A DNA stretch of 36,303 bases from positions 1-36,303 of the IMG/VR virus record IMGVR_UViG_3300033076_000343; one strand, given 5' to 3'. Within the stretch, counting starts at the first letter, position 1. Every line of letters starts with the position of its first letter. The position numbers and the translations under genes were made by a program. The DNA comes from a virus. Lineage: Duplodnaviria; Caudoviricetes. Of this stretch, positions 1-7,250 are shown in pieces. Below the pieces are notes generated by a model. That model saw only the letters and a program-made list of their open reading frames with translations. It was not told where the DNA came from and searched no databases.

Positions 1-2
1 AT

Positions 3-2285
3 TTCGTCGATTATCTAGCAAGCATTGCGCCGGAAGGCGAGACCATCCTGATCGTTCGCCAGAAGCCGACAGGCGGTGTGCATAAAGACGGCGCGCCGAA
101 GTGCGTTTGGCCTGCGATGTTGCCGTCAAAGTACAGCGCGAAGAAGGCGGGCGCATGGTACGCCAACACAGCGTGCTTTATCGCTGACCGTTTCAAGGAC
201 GGTAAAGTGTCGGCGTCAGCCACCAACTGCGAGCGCGTTGCATTCCTTGTGCTTGATGACATCAACACAAAGTCCAAGACGCCGCCGCTTGAGCCAACGT
301 GGAAGATTGAAACATCGCCAGACAATTATCAGTGGGGTTACACGTTCGCGCTCGACGATCAGCCGACCAAAGGCGAGTTTAGCGCAGCCATCGTCGCCAT
401 TGCCGAGGCAGGCTACACCGACAAAGGTGCGATCAATCCGGTGCGCAACTTCCGCATCCCCAACAGTCTCAACATCAAGCCGGGCCGCGATAACTTCGCC
501 GCCGTGCTGACAGAGTTTCACCCCGAGCGCGAGTTCAGTCTAAAGCAAATCTGCGACGCGCTTGGCGTCGTTCCAGAAGCCGCGAGCACATCAACGATTG
601 CAAGAGCGCAACTTGATGACGACGGCAACGACGATGTGCTTGCGTGGATGTACAAAAGAGGAGAGGTCATTGAAAAAGCAAACGCGGAAGGCTGGGTCGG
701 CGTTGTCTGCCCGAATCATCAAGAGCATTCGGATGGCAATCCGACCGGACGCTATCACCCTGTCAACCGCGCGTATGTTTGTTTCCACTCCCACTGCGGT
801 GACTGGAACAGCGACCGATTCCTCGGATGGGTGGCAGATAGTGGAGGCCCATCCCGCAAGCACGGCCTCCGCGACGACCTCATCGCTACCCAAATGGAGG
901 TTGCACTCTCGAAAATTAGGCCAACGGAGTCGTTCCCTGACGAAGCGGCGCGCATCATTAAAGAAGTAGAGCAAAAGGAGATGGGCCGTCTTGAGAAAAA
1001 AGACTGGTTCACTCGCTTTGCATACATTCAGTCCGATGACGCATACTTCGATATGCAAGAGCGCCGCGAAATCTCGCGCTACACCTTCAACGCGCTTTAC
1101 CGGCACATCACTTGCGTGTCGGTTCATAGCGCCAAGCGTCGCATTGAGGCCGCAACCTGCTTTGACGAGAACCGTCAGGCGATGGGCGCTCACTCGCTCG
1201 TCGGCATCACCTACGCGCCGGGCGAGAACGTTCTCGTTGCGCGTGACGGGCTTGTCTATGGCAACCGCTGGCGCGACGCGCGGCCCGAGTATAGGGAAGG
1301 CGACATTACGCCGTGGCTCAACCATTGCCGCGACATTGTGCCGGAAGACGCCGAGCGCGAGCATATCTTTAATATGATGGCGTTCAAGGTGCAGAACCCG
1401 CGCGTTAAGATCAACCATGCCGTGCTGCATGGCGGCGACGAAGGCTGCGGTAAAGACACGATGTGGGCGCCGTTTATCTGGGCGGTGTGCGGGCCTGACC
1501 TGCGCAACCGTGGTCTGGTGGACAATGATAGCGTCTCGTCATCATGGGGCTATCACCTTGAAAGCGAAGTCCTGATCTTGAACGAGTTGAAAGAGCCTGA
1601 CGCAGCAGCGCGTCGTGCGCTTGCCAACAAGTTGAAGCCGATCATCGCCGCGCCGCCGGACACGATCTCGATCAACCGCAAAGGCTTGCATCCGTACGAT
1701 ATGGTCAACCGGATGTTTGTTCTGGCGTTCTCGAACGATCCTGTTCCGATCTCGCTTGCGTCGCAGGATCGTCGTTGGTTCTGCGTCTGGTCGTCAGCGC
1801 CGAAGATGGACAAAGCGGCGGCGGAAAAAATGTGGGCGTGGTATAAGTCGGGCGGTTATCAGGCGATTGGTCACTGGCTCAAAACGCGTGATGTGTCGAA
1901 GTTCAACCCGTCAGCGCCGCCGATGATGACTGAGTTCAAGATGAACCTTGTCGAGAACAGCATGAGCACCGCCGAGAGCTATCTGGTGGAGGAGATGCGC
2001 GCGCGTAAGAGCGAGTTTGCAAAGGGCGTCGTTGGTGCGCCGTTCAGCATGGTGTGCGACCGCTTGGCGGGCATTATGCCGCAAGGCGTGAAGGTGCCAC
2101 AGGCCGCGCTTCTGCACGCGTTCAAAGAGGCCGGTTGGGTTAACATGGGCCGTCTTGGATCGGCAGACTATCCAACAAAGAAGCAAATCTATTGCGCGCC
2201 TGACATGGTGATGCTGTCGAAGTCAGAGCTGCGGCGGTTGGTCGAGGCTGGGCCGCCAGAAAAGAAGCTCGTTGTGGTAAAGTAA
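3..2285 (+). CDS. DNA primase-helicase (RepB'-type primase domain, Zn finger, SF3/DUF5906-type helicase); 5' end truncated by window
   Basis: Frame is open from base 3 (FVDYLASIAPEGETILIVRQKP...), so the start lies just outside the window. Primase motifs LVLDD, IETSPDNYQWGY, RNFRIP; CPNHxxH...CFHSHC; Walker A GDEGCGKD, Walker B ILNE, motif C FSN. Confidence 0.85.
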   Translation, partial: FVDYLASIAPEGETILIVRQKPTGGVHKDGAPKCVWPAMLPSKYSAKKAGAWYANTACFIADRFKDGKVSASATNCERVAFLVLDDINTKSKTPPLEPTWKIETSPDNYQWGYTFALDDQPTKGEFSAAIVAIAEAGYTDKGAINPVRNFRIPNSLNIKPGRDNFAAVLTEFHPEREFSLKQICDALGVVPEAASTSTIARAQLDDDGNDDVLAWMYKRGEVIEKANAEGWVGVVCPNHQEHSDGNPTGRYHPVNRAYVCFHSHCGDWNSDRFLGWVADSGGPSRKHGLRDDLIATQMEVALSKIRPTESFPDEAARIIKEVEQKEMGRLEKKDWFTRFAYIQSDDAYFDMQERREISRYTFNALYRHITCVSVHSAKRRIEAATCFDENRQAMGAHSLVGITYAPGENVLVARDGLVYGNRWRDARPEYREGDITPWLNHCRDIVPEDAEREHIFNMMAFKVQNPRVKINHAVLHGGDEGCGKDTMWAPFIWAVCGPDLRNRGLVDNDSVSSSWGYHLESEVLILNELKEPDAAARRALANKLKPIIAAPPDTISINRKGLHPYDMVNRMFVLAFSNDPVPISLASQDRRWFCVWSSAPKMDKAAAEKMWAWYKSGGYQAIGHWLKTRDVSKFNPSAPPMMTEFKMNLVENSMSTAESYLVEEMRARKSEFAKGVVGAPFSMVCDRLAGIMPQGVKVPQAALLHAFKEAGWVNMGRLGSADYPTKKQIYCAPDMVMLSKSELRRLVEAGPPEKKLVVVK

Positions 2286-2321
2286 AAAAAGAGGCCGGTC
2301 GCAAGACCGGCCTTTAATTTT
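2284..2321. terminator. Bidirectional intrinsic terminator
   Basis: AGGCCGGTC-GCAA-GACCGGCCT (2292-2313), with an A7 run on the left and TTAATTTT on the right, between convergent genes. Confidence 0.85.
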
Positions 2322-2550
2322 ACAAAACTTTCATTGTTACTGGATACACTTCTTCAACTACCATCGGCACACCGATTGTTGATTGCATCCAATGTGCGCG
2401 CTCGGATGCTTTGCGTTTCGACGCATAACGCAAACTGTCCCAAACTTCTTTGCCTTCAACGGCTTCGATCTTGGATCGCGCTACGCGGCGCTCTTCGAGT
2501 GTCATGTCACGACGGCCTTTAATGCCGACAACATAAACGATGTTATCCAT
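2320..2550 (-). CDS. Hypothetical protein (76 aa), moron-like
   Basis: ATG preceded by GGGGAGAGG; has its own promoter-like AT-rich leader and terminator. Confidence 0.7.
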   Translation of the reverse strand: MDNIVYVVGIKGRRDMTLEERRVARSKIEAVEGKEVWDSLRYASKRKASERAHWMQSTIGVPMVVEEVYPVTMKVL

Positions 2551-2602
2551 TAACCTCTCCCCTAAATATCAAACAGCCGTAGCGTTTTCTTGCTACTCTA
2601 TT

Positions 2603-2631
2603 ATAATACAAAATAACTGTGGAAAAGTAAA
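2603..2631 (-). promoter_or_regulatory. Sigma70-like promoter for the 76-aa gene
   Basis: Minus strand TTTACT-17 nt-TATTAT (overlapping TATAAT) with an AT-rich upstream tract. Confidence 0.5.
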
Positions 2632-2695
2632 ATATAAAATTTAGTTAGTGCTATCTAAAAATTAGATGCCCAAAAATTTTGATTTTAATTTTTTG

Positions 2696-2724
2696 AAAAA
2701 GAGGCCGGTCGCAAGACCGGCCTC
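2696..2724 (-). terminator. Intrinsic terminator of the leftward small-gene operon (second copy)
   Basis: GAGGCCGGTC-GCAA-GACCGGCCTC followed on the minus strand by T5; 28 bp identical to 2286-2313. Confidence 0.8.
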
Positions 2725-2749
2725 AAGTCTTATCTAGCAAGGATAAACG

Positions 2750-2857
2750 TTAAACTTCTAGCACAAAGCCGATGAGCGCAACAAGCGCGGTCGAGATAAT
2801 AGCCACAATCATTTCATTTACTTTCCTTTTGTTGAAGGGCGGAACGGAAAATGTCAC
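2750..2857 (-). CDS. Small single-TM peptide (35 aa)
   Basis: Not in the ORF track. GTGA overlap with the upstream stop; MTFSVPPFNKRKVNEMIVAIISTALVALIGFVLEV. Confidence 0.5.
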   Translation of the reverse strand: MTFSVPPFNKRKVNEMIVAIISTALVALIGFVLEV

Positions 2858-3360
2858 GCATTTTCCCAATCCTCTAATGCCTCAGCCATGTCATGTTCTT
2901 TGATGAACTTTCGCAACCGCTCAATCTCAGCGACATTATTATGAAATGCGTCAAGATTTACCTTTGTCATTGACCGCAACCGCTCAATCTCGCTCATGTG
3001 GCGCTTATTTAAATCATACAGGACGCGCAAAGTTTTAGCGTGGTCGTCAATTTCATTTTTCAACGCCTCCCGCAACCGCTCAATCTCGTCGGTCAAGACC
3101 GCATTTGCCTCACGCTCACTGTCCAATGTTTTTATGGCAGTGTCGTTGTCTGCACGAGTATTCTTATAAAAAGTTAACTCTTGATCTTTCGCCCATGCCA
3201 AATTTTTTGCGGCATTTGCTTGAACTTTTATTGCCTCCCGCAACCGCTCAATCTCGTCGGCGGCGCCCGTAAAGAACTGCGCCAGTTCAAGTTGCGTCCA
3301 TTGATGCGGCTGATTTTCGAGATCAATAATCGCGCGCGCTATTGCTTTGTAGTCTACCAT
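2854..3360 (-). CDS. Hypothetical coiled-coil protein with four EIERLR repeats
   Basis: 168 aa, AAGGGGG RBS upstream, overlaps neighbouring genes. Confidence 0.75.
   Translation of the reverse strand: MVDYKAIARAIIDLENQPHQWTQLELAQFFTGAADEIERLREAIKVQANAAKNLAWAKDQELTFYKNTRADNDTAIKTLDSEREANAVLTDEIERLREALKNEIDDHAKTLRVLYDLNKRHMSEIERLRSMTKVNLDAFHNNVAEIERLRKFIKEHDMAEALEDWENA
2912..3260. repeat. Four interspersed copies of CGCAACCGCTCAATCTC
   Basis: 17-bp cores start at 2912, 2975, 3071 and 3239; two copies extend to 28 identical bp (3065-3092, 3233-3260). Confidence 0.95.
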
Positions 3361-3623
3361 TTCATGCCCCCTTTATCGTCGCGGATGTGAATGCGGAAGC
3401 GGTCGCCTGTCGCGCTCTCTTCCACGACTTGCCACAAGCCGTCGTCGTCTTCTTCATAACGAACCGTGAAATATGTTTTAACCATTGTATGCCATCCTTC
3501 CCTAAAAAACTGTTTGATCCATATCGGCACGGGGCCGATCACGCGCGCCGCCATCGTGCCGAGCGTCCACGCAATAAGCGCGTAGGTTAGTATGCCAAGC
3601 ACGATTGCGAGCGTGTGCGTCAT
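3354..3623 (-). CDS. Hypothetical membrane protein (89 aa)
   Basis: ATGA-coupled start MTHTLAIVLGILTYALIAW, GAGG RBS, N-terminal hydrophobic helix. Confidence 0.65.
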   Translation of the reverse strand: MTHTLAIVLGILTYALIAWTLGTMAARVIGPVPIWIKQFFREGWHTMVKTYFTVRYEEDDDGLWQVVEESATGDRFRIHIRDDKGGMKW

Positions 3624-3847
3624 TTCATTAACCTCACTGGCGGATCGAGTGCTTCTCTTGCGTGCGCGCTCACTGCTGGCTCGCACGCATACTTGGCGAT
3701 CCATTCGAGCGCCATGTAAAGCCGTTCGGTTTCCGCGACGAGCGCCGTCGTCGTGTAGTCGCGCAGGGCGAGCGTCGCACGTATGCGAGCGCGTAACATC
3801 ATGCGGTCGGGATTATCCGACACAATCAGGTCAACCTCGTCGTGCAT
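3620..3847 (-). CDS. Hypothetical protein (75 aa)
   Basis: Tightly packed within the leftward operon. Confidence 0.6.
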   Translation of the reverse strand: MHDEVDLIVSDNPDRMMLRARIRATLALRDYTTTALVAETERLYMALEWIAKYACEPAVSAHAREALDPPVRLMK

Positions 3848-4088
3848 TTAATTCACCTACGATGAGCGTCGCATAGCCTGATATATCAAGCCAGTGATCG
3901 GGATCGTGTGGGTTGCCGCACATGATCCGAGCGAGCTTGACGGCGATCATGTCCATGCTTTCACGTTGCGCCGTCGTCATGTCTGCGTATGACGGCGCGT
4001 TGCGGAATAAACGCTTGAGCGTCTGCGCCGTCTGCGCCGTCAATGTATATGATCCGTGCGTTTTTTCGCGTTCTTTTAGCAGTTCCAT
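3831..4088 (-). CDS. DUF6378-like phage protein
   Basis: EREKTHG...KLARI..G....DHWLDISGYA pattern typical of this family. Confidence 0.7.
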   Translation of the reverse strand: MELLKEREKTHGSYTLTAQTAQTLKRLFRNAPSYADMTTAQRESMDMIAVKLARIMCGNPHDPDHWLDISGYATLIVGELNARRG

Positions 4089-4089
4089 T

Positions 4090-4434
4090 TTAGTTTCCTT
4101 TTTTCAGCCGACGACGCATACGTTTTAATTCCTTTAAAACGCGCCGATATAAAATCGGTTGCTCATCGTAAACAACGCGAAACGTATCACCTTTAATCGG
4201 ATACGCCTCAAAATATGGTTCACGCATAACCCCCAATGCATCATTTACATCGAGATATGTCGAAACATACGCGTCGGGGTACCCTTCAATCTCAAAACAC
4301 GCTCGTGCTGCTGCGCCCGCAAACGGCCATTCGACGCGTATGCGCACCCATTTAGGCATAGGTGGAATGTCATAGTGATACTTTTTTTGACGCATTTCAG
4401 CGTCATATTCTCGCCATGTTTTATGCAAGTCCAT
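4090..4434 (-). CDS. Hypothetical protein (114 aa)
   Basis: ATG at 4434 with a GGGGG RBS, immediately after the upstream stop. Confidence 0.65.
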   Translation of the reverse strand: MDLHKTWREYDAEMRQKKYHYDIPPMPKWVRIRVEWPFAGAAARACFEIEGYPDAYVSTYLDVNDALGVMREPYFEAYPIKGDTFRVVYDEQPILYRRVLKELKRMRRRLKKGN

Positions 4435-4435
4435 C

Positions 4436-4609
4436 TCACGCCCCCAGTGCGTCAAGCGCAGCGCCGCGCGTATAGTGAAAAGACAAGTCGCCGTGCGGTT
4501 TCATCGCGCGCCACTTGCCGTGCCAGTGCGACCGGCTGATCCAGCCTAGCACGTAATCGTCTTTTATGACGACGTAAGTATCAATTCCATCTTCCATAAT
4601 CCTAATCAT
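4436..4609 (-). CDS. Hypothetical protein (57 aa)
   Basis: MIRIMEDG...GWISRSHWHGKWRA; alternative GTG start at 4618. Confidence 0.6.
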   Translation of the reverse strand: MIRIMEDGIDTYVVIKDDYVLGWISRSHWHGKWRAMKPHGDLSFHYTRGAALDALGA

Positions 4610-5105
4610 TGCTTTCACTTTCTTTTTTCAGTTTTGCTTCGTGCTTTACCGCGCCATGCAGCGCCGTCGTGTGATCCATCCCGCCGAAAAACCGCCCTAT
4701 CTGCGGGAAAGAATAGCCAGCCTCACGAAGCAAATAAAACGCTTCATGACGTGCCGCGACAATCCGATCCTTACGACTGCGCGCCATAATTTCTTCGACG
4801 CTCATGCCGTGCTTTTCTGCGACTGTCTCGATGATGACGCGCGACTGTCGCGGGGGGATTTTTGATATTGTAATTCCGTTTGCCACTTTCGGTGGGCCTT
4901 CCTTTGGTAATTCGACGCGTGTGCTCATTTGATCCGGTTGATCCGGTTCGCGTGCTTGATCCGGTTCGCGCGGTTGATCCAATTCGCGTGGCGTGATCCG
5001 GTCACGAGGGATAATAGGTGCCACTATCCCGCGCGGGTCTTTCAGTCTTAGGCGCGTCGCCTTGTAGTGCTCTAATAGCGTCGCCTGCATCGTCGATTGT
5101 GTCAT
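4602..5105 (-). CDS. Protein with DnaA C-terminal (domain IV-like) helix-turn-helix
   Basis: IIETVAEKHGMSVEEIMARSRKDRIVAARHEAFYLLR...SFPQIGRFFGGMDHTTALHG matches the Bac_DnaA_C signature; GAGGGGG RBS before ATG 5105; no AAA+ domain. Confidence 0.8.
   Translation of the reverse strand: MTQSTMQATLLEHYKATRLRLKDPRGIVAPIIPRDRITPRELDQPREPDQAREPDQPDQMSTRVELPKEGPPKVANGITISKIPPRQSRVIIETVAEKHGMSVEEIMARSRKDRIVAARHEAFYLLREAGYSFPQIGRFFGGMDHTTALHGAVKHEAKLKKESESND
4929..4980. repeat. Short tandem repeat (TTGATCCGG-based) encoding DQPREPDQAREPDQPDQ linker
   Basis: ttgatccggttgatccggttcgcgtgcttgatccggttcgcgcggttgatcc. Confidence 0.8.
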
Positions 5106-5199
5106 AGTGCCCCCTCGGTATGTCGTAGTCGTCAACTACGAGATAACAAAGTATCTCGCTTGGTTTGTCAGGATCAATCACGGGTTCAATCGTCCACAT
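5002..5199 (-). CDS. Hypothetical protein (65 aa), overlaps the DnaA_C gene
   Basis: ATG with GGGGG RBS; fills the gap between 5186 and 5105. Confidence 0.55.
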   Translation of the reverse strand: MWTIEPVIDPDKPSEILCYLVVDDYDIPRGHYDTIDDAGDAIRALQGDAPKTERPARDSGTYYPS

Positions 5200-5380
5200 G
5201 ATCCGCCCCCGCGTCTGTTACGTCGTGAAGCCATATTTCAGCGCCGTCTTGCTCTTGCCATGCGTTGAGCCAGTGCGACGCTTCCATCGCCTCGAAAGCC
5301 TCATCCTCATCCTCTGCGTCGATTGTCAGTTCATAAGTCACAATCGCGCGATAGGTGTAGGTTTTGATTTTTTGCTTCAT
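5186..5380 (-). CDS. Acidic hypothetical protein (64 aa)
   Basis: MKQKIKTYTY...IDAEDEDEAFEA; AAGGG RBS. Confidence 0.7.
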   Translation of the reverse strand: MKQKIKTYTYRAIVTYELTIDAEDEDEAFEAMEASHWLNAWQEQDGAEIWLHDVTDAGADHVDD

Positions 5381-5414
5381 GTTTTTTACCCTTGCTTTTT
5401 CGATTGGCCACCAT

Positions 5415-5465
5415 GGCAATCAACGATGCAGCGCGCGGCTAGACGCGCTGCACTGGCAGATTGTC
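5415..5465 (-). other. Intergenic long hairpin with asymmetric internal loop (candidate RNA-processing site)
   Basis: Minus strand GACAATC-TGCCAG-TGCAGCGCG-(8 nt loop)-CGCGCTGCA-TCGTT-GATTGCC; no U-tail. Confidence 0.5.
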
Positions 5466-5685
5466 ACGCGACGCGCTTCTCAAACTCTACGTTAATATCA
5501 ACCGGCGTCGCGAACCCGTAGGATATTGTCCACCGATACGCTTTGCCTGTTCTATAATCCGATTTAATTTGTGCCCGCTGCGCGCTTGTCACGCATATAT
5601 GACGCGCTGCTAGGTCAAGTGCCGCGTCTAGTTCAAGCGGTTCGCGGTTCAATTTGTGATCCGTTGTCACGTAGAATTCACGCAT
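5464..5685 (-). CDS. Hypothetical protein (73 aa)
   Basis: MREFYVTTDHK..., AGGGG RBS, directly downstream of the ribozyme. Confidence 0.7.
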   Translation of the reverse strand: MREFYVTTDHKLNREPLELDAALDLAARHICVTSAQRAQIKSDYRTGKAYRWTISYGFATPVDINVEFEKRVA

Positions 5686-5703
5686 AATCTTACCCCTGTT
5701 AAT

Positions 5704-5760
5704 AGCCTCATCAGTTGCCGCCAAACGGCAAGACGCGCCCATTGTGGGCGCGTTTCGGCT
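5704..5760 (-). ncRNA. Hammerhead ribozyme, type II
   Basis: Minus strand AGCC-GAAA-C-GCGCCC(ACAAU)GGGCGC-G-UC/UUGCCG(UUUGG)CGGCAA-CUGAUGA-GGCU: complete CUGANGA, GAAA and GUC core with three perfect helices; predicted cut between 5732 and 5731. Confidence 0.93.
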
Positions 5761-5762
5761 TG

Positions 5763-6050
5763 TCAATCCTGATATGTGACGAACGCAACCATGCAAACCC
5801 CACGCGGGTATATCGCGATAGTGTCACCCCAGTTTTCAACCTTGCAGCGCGCGCCTGTCCACCCTGCAATGGCTTTCGCTTTTTTCACTAGTTCGCGCGT
5901 GAAGGTTTTGTTCGCTTTGGCGTAACCGTTTGAGCCATCATAACCGTAATGGGTTAGCTCTGGCATTATGATGCTATTGCGCTTAACCCACGAATAATTA
6001 GCCTCGCCTGCGAACGTGTCAGTTATTTCGATTTGATATTTGTTGCTCAT
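5763..6050 (-). CDS. Hypothetical phage protein (95 aa)
   Basis: MSNKYQIEITDTFAGEANYSWVKR...; GGA RBS; packed in operon. Confidence 0.75.
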   Translation of the reverse strand: MSNKYQIEITDTFAGEANYSWVKRNSIIMPELTHYGYDGSNGYAKANKTFTRELVKKAKAIAGWTGARCKVENWGDTIAIYPRGVCMVAFVTYQD

Positions 6051-6052
6051 GA

Positions 6053-6163
6053 TTAGTTCCAATCTGATTTTTTGAACGTGATAAGCGCCGCAAGCGCGAT
6101 AAGAGAAAAGACGGTTAGCGCTTCAAGCGCGCCAATCCATAGGTTCGGGTTCTCTTGTGGCAT
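6053..6163 (-). CDS. Small single-TM peptide (36 aa)
   Basis: Not in the ORF track. TAATG coupling; MPQENPNLWIGALEALTVFSLIALAALITFKKSDWN exactly fills the gap. Confidence 0.6.
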   Translation of the reverse strand: MPQENPNLWIGALEALTVFSLIALAALITFKKSDWN

Positions 6164-6450
6164 TATGCAGCCTCGCTTTCGTCGTCTTCATCGGTCAATT
6201 CATATGCTTCGCGCATGGATTCCGCGATGAAATACCAGTTCACGTCACTGATAAACGCGCGCGCATAGTCCAGCGCTAGGCCCTCTTTAGCGTCAAGTTC
6301 TAAAATTTCGTGCGCATACTCTTTGAGCGCTTGACTCAAGTCATAAGTATCAAGACGCTGCCACCCCATATCAGATGGATCAATGCCGTCAAAAATCTCA
6401 AGATTGACGCGCCATGTGGCGTAATTTGTCCAGCCATTATATTCAGTCAT
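6163..6450 (-). CDS. Acidic hypothetical phage protein (95 aa)
   Basis: YNGWTNYATWRVNLE...VNWYFIA pattern familiar from phage early genes; AAGGA RBS. Confidence 0.8.
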   Translation of the reverse strand: MTEYNGWTNYATWRVNLEIFDGIDPSDMGWQRLDTYDLSQALKEYAHEILELDAKEGLALDYARAFISDVNWYFIAESMREAYELTDEDDESEAA

Positions 6451-6480
6451 CTTATGCTTTTCCTTCTTGCTAGTTTTTGT

Positions 6481-6502
6481 GAGGGCGGCTTGCGCCGCCC
6501 TC
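6481..6502. other. GC-rich hairpin (GCAA tetraloop on minus strand); possible terminator for plus-strand transcripts or mRNA stabiliser
   Basis: GAGGGCGGC-TTGC-GCCGCCCTC followed by GTTTTGTTT on plus; no U-tract on the sense (minus) strand. Confidence 0.55.
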
Positions 6503-6509
6503 GTTTTGT

Positions 6510-6686
6510 TTATTGTGAGATGATGACGCTTGCCGCTTTACGAACCAACGTCTCGCGCGCCTTGGCTTTTGGTACCCATTGACCCTTGGCGCGCTTGACT
6601 TCAATGCCGAACCAAACGTGCGCAAGGTTCGGGTTATTTGTTTCGCGAACCTGATAGAAGTGATTGCAGCTTGTTTCGATGATCAT
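6510..6686 (-). CDS. Hypothetical protein (58 aa), first gene of the leftward operon
   Basis: Not in the ORF track. MIIETSCNHFYQVRETNNPNLAHVWFGIEVKRAKGQWVPKAKARETLVRKAASVIISQ with GAAGGGG RBS. Confidence 0.7.
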   Translation of the reverse strand: MIIETSCNHFYQVRETNNPNLAHVWFGIEVKRAKGQWVPKAKARETLVRKAASVIISQ

Positions 6687-6725
6687 TTTAGTTTTCCCCT
6701 TCGGTTTTCGTTTTCGATGTAATAA

Positions 6726-6754
6726 GTTTTATTACGATGATTTGCGCCGGTCAA
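6726..6754 (-). promoter_or_regulatory. Leftward sigma70-like promoter
   Basis: TTGACC-17 nt-TAAAAC with A/T-tract upstream element. Confidence 0.55.
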
Positions 6755-6800
6755 TAACAAAAATCAGAAAAAAGAAAAAAAGATTGCGCCAGGCGGTTTT

Positions 6801-7250
6801 ATTGTCGGAGATTGTCGCTGATTGTCATGAAGGCGGGGGAAAATGACAATCAATTATTGCATTAAAATCAATAACTTAACCCTGTCATTGTCAAATTGTC
6901 ATGTTTTTATTACCCAATTAATGATTATGTTATTATATATAGGGATATATAGGCTTATCGCCCTTCATACCGTCGCGCCACAATCGCGTGTTGTGTAGAG
7001 CCGAGCAACCTTCCCCCAAATGACAATGACAATTTGGCCAAAAAAATCGCGTAAGTTATTGAAAACAAAAGGAAAAAGCATTGTCATTGCAAATGACAAT
7101 TTCTCTTTTTCAGGAAAAAAACATAGCGTTTTCAATAACTTAACTTTTTAGCCGTTGTCATTTCGGTGACAATCGCCTGGCGCGTCGCACTGGCATGACG
7201 CAAAACGAGAGCGCGTTTAAAACCGGATGACAATTTGACAATTTGACAAT
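6801..7250. repeat. Cluster of TGACAAT/ATTGTCA repeats with IHF-like sites (putative origin or packaging region)
   Basis: 12 exact 7-mers (6821, 6844, 6887, 6895, 7021, 7027, 7080, 7094, 7167, 7228, 7236, 7244) plus variants; AATCAATAACTTA at 6866 fits WATCAANNNNTTR. Confidence 0.8.

Noticed and set aside
591-1430. Long antisense ORFs (also 9558-10316, 18898-19698, 34613-35161)
   Set aside because: They lie opposite well-supported genes, are explained by codon bias, and show no recognisable motifs.
2912-3260. CRISPR mini-array interpretation of the 17-bp repeats
   Set aside because: Spacers are 46, 79 and 151 nt, the repeat is not palindromic, and everything stays in one coding frame.
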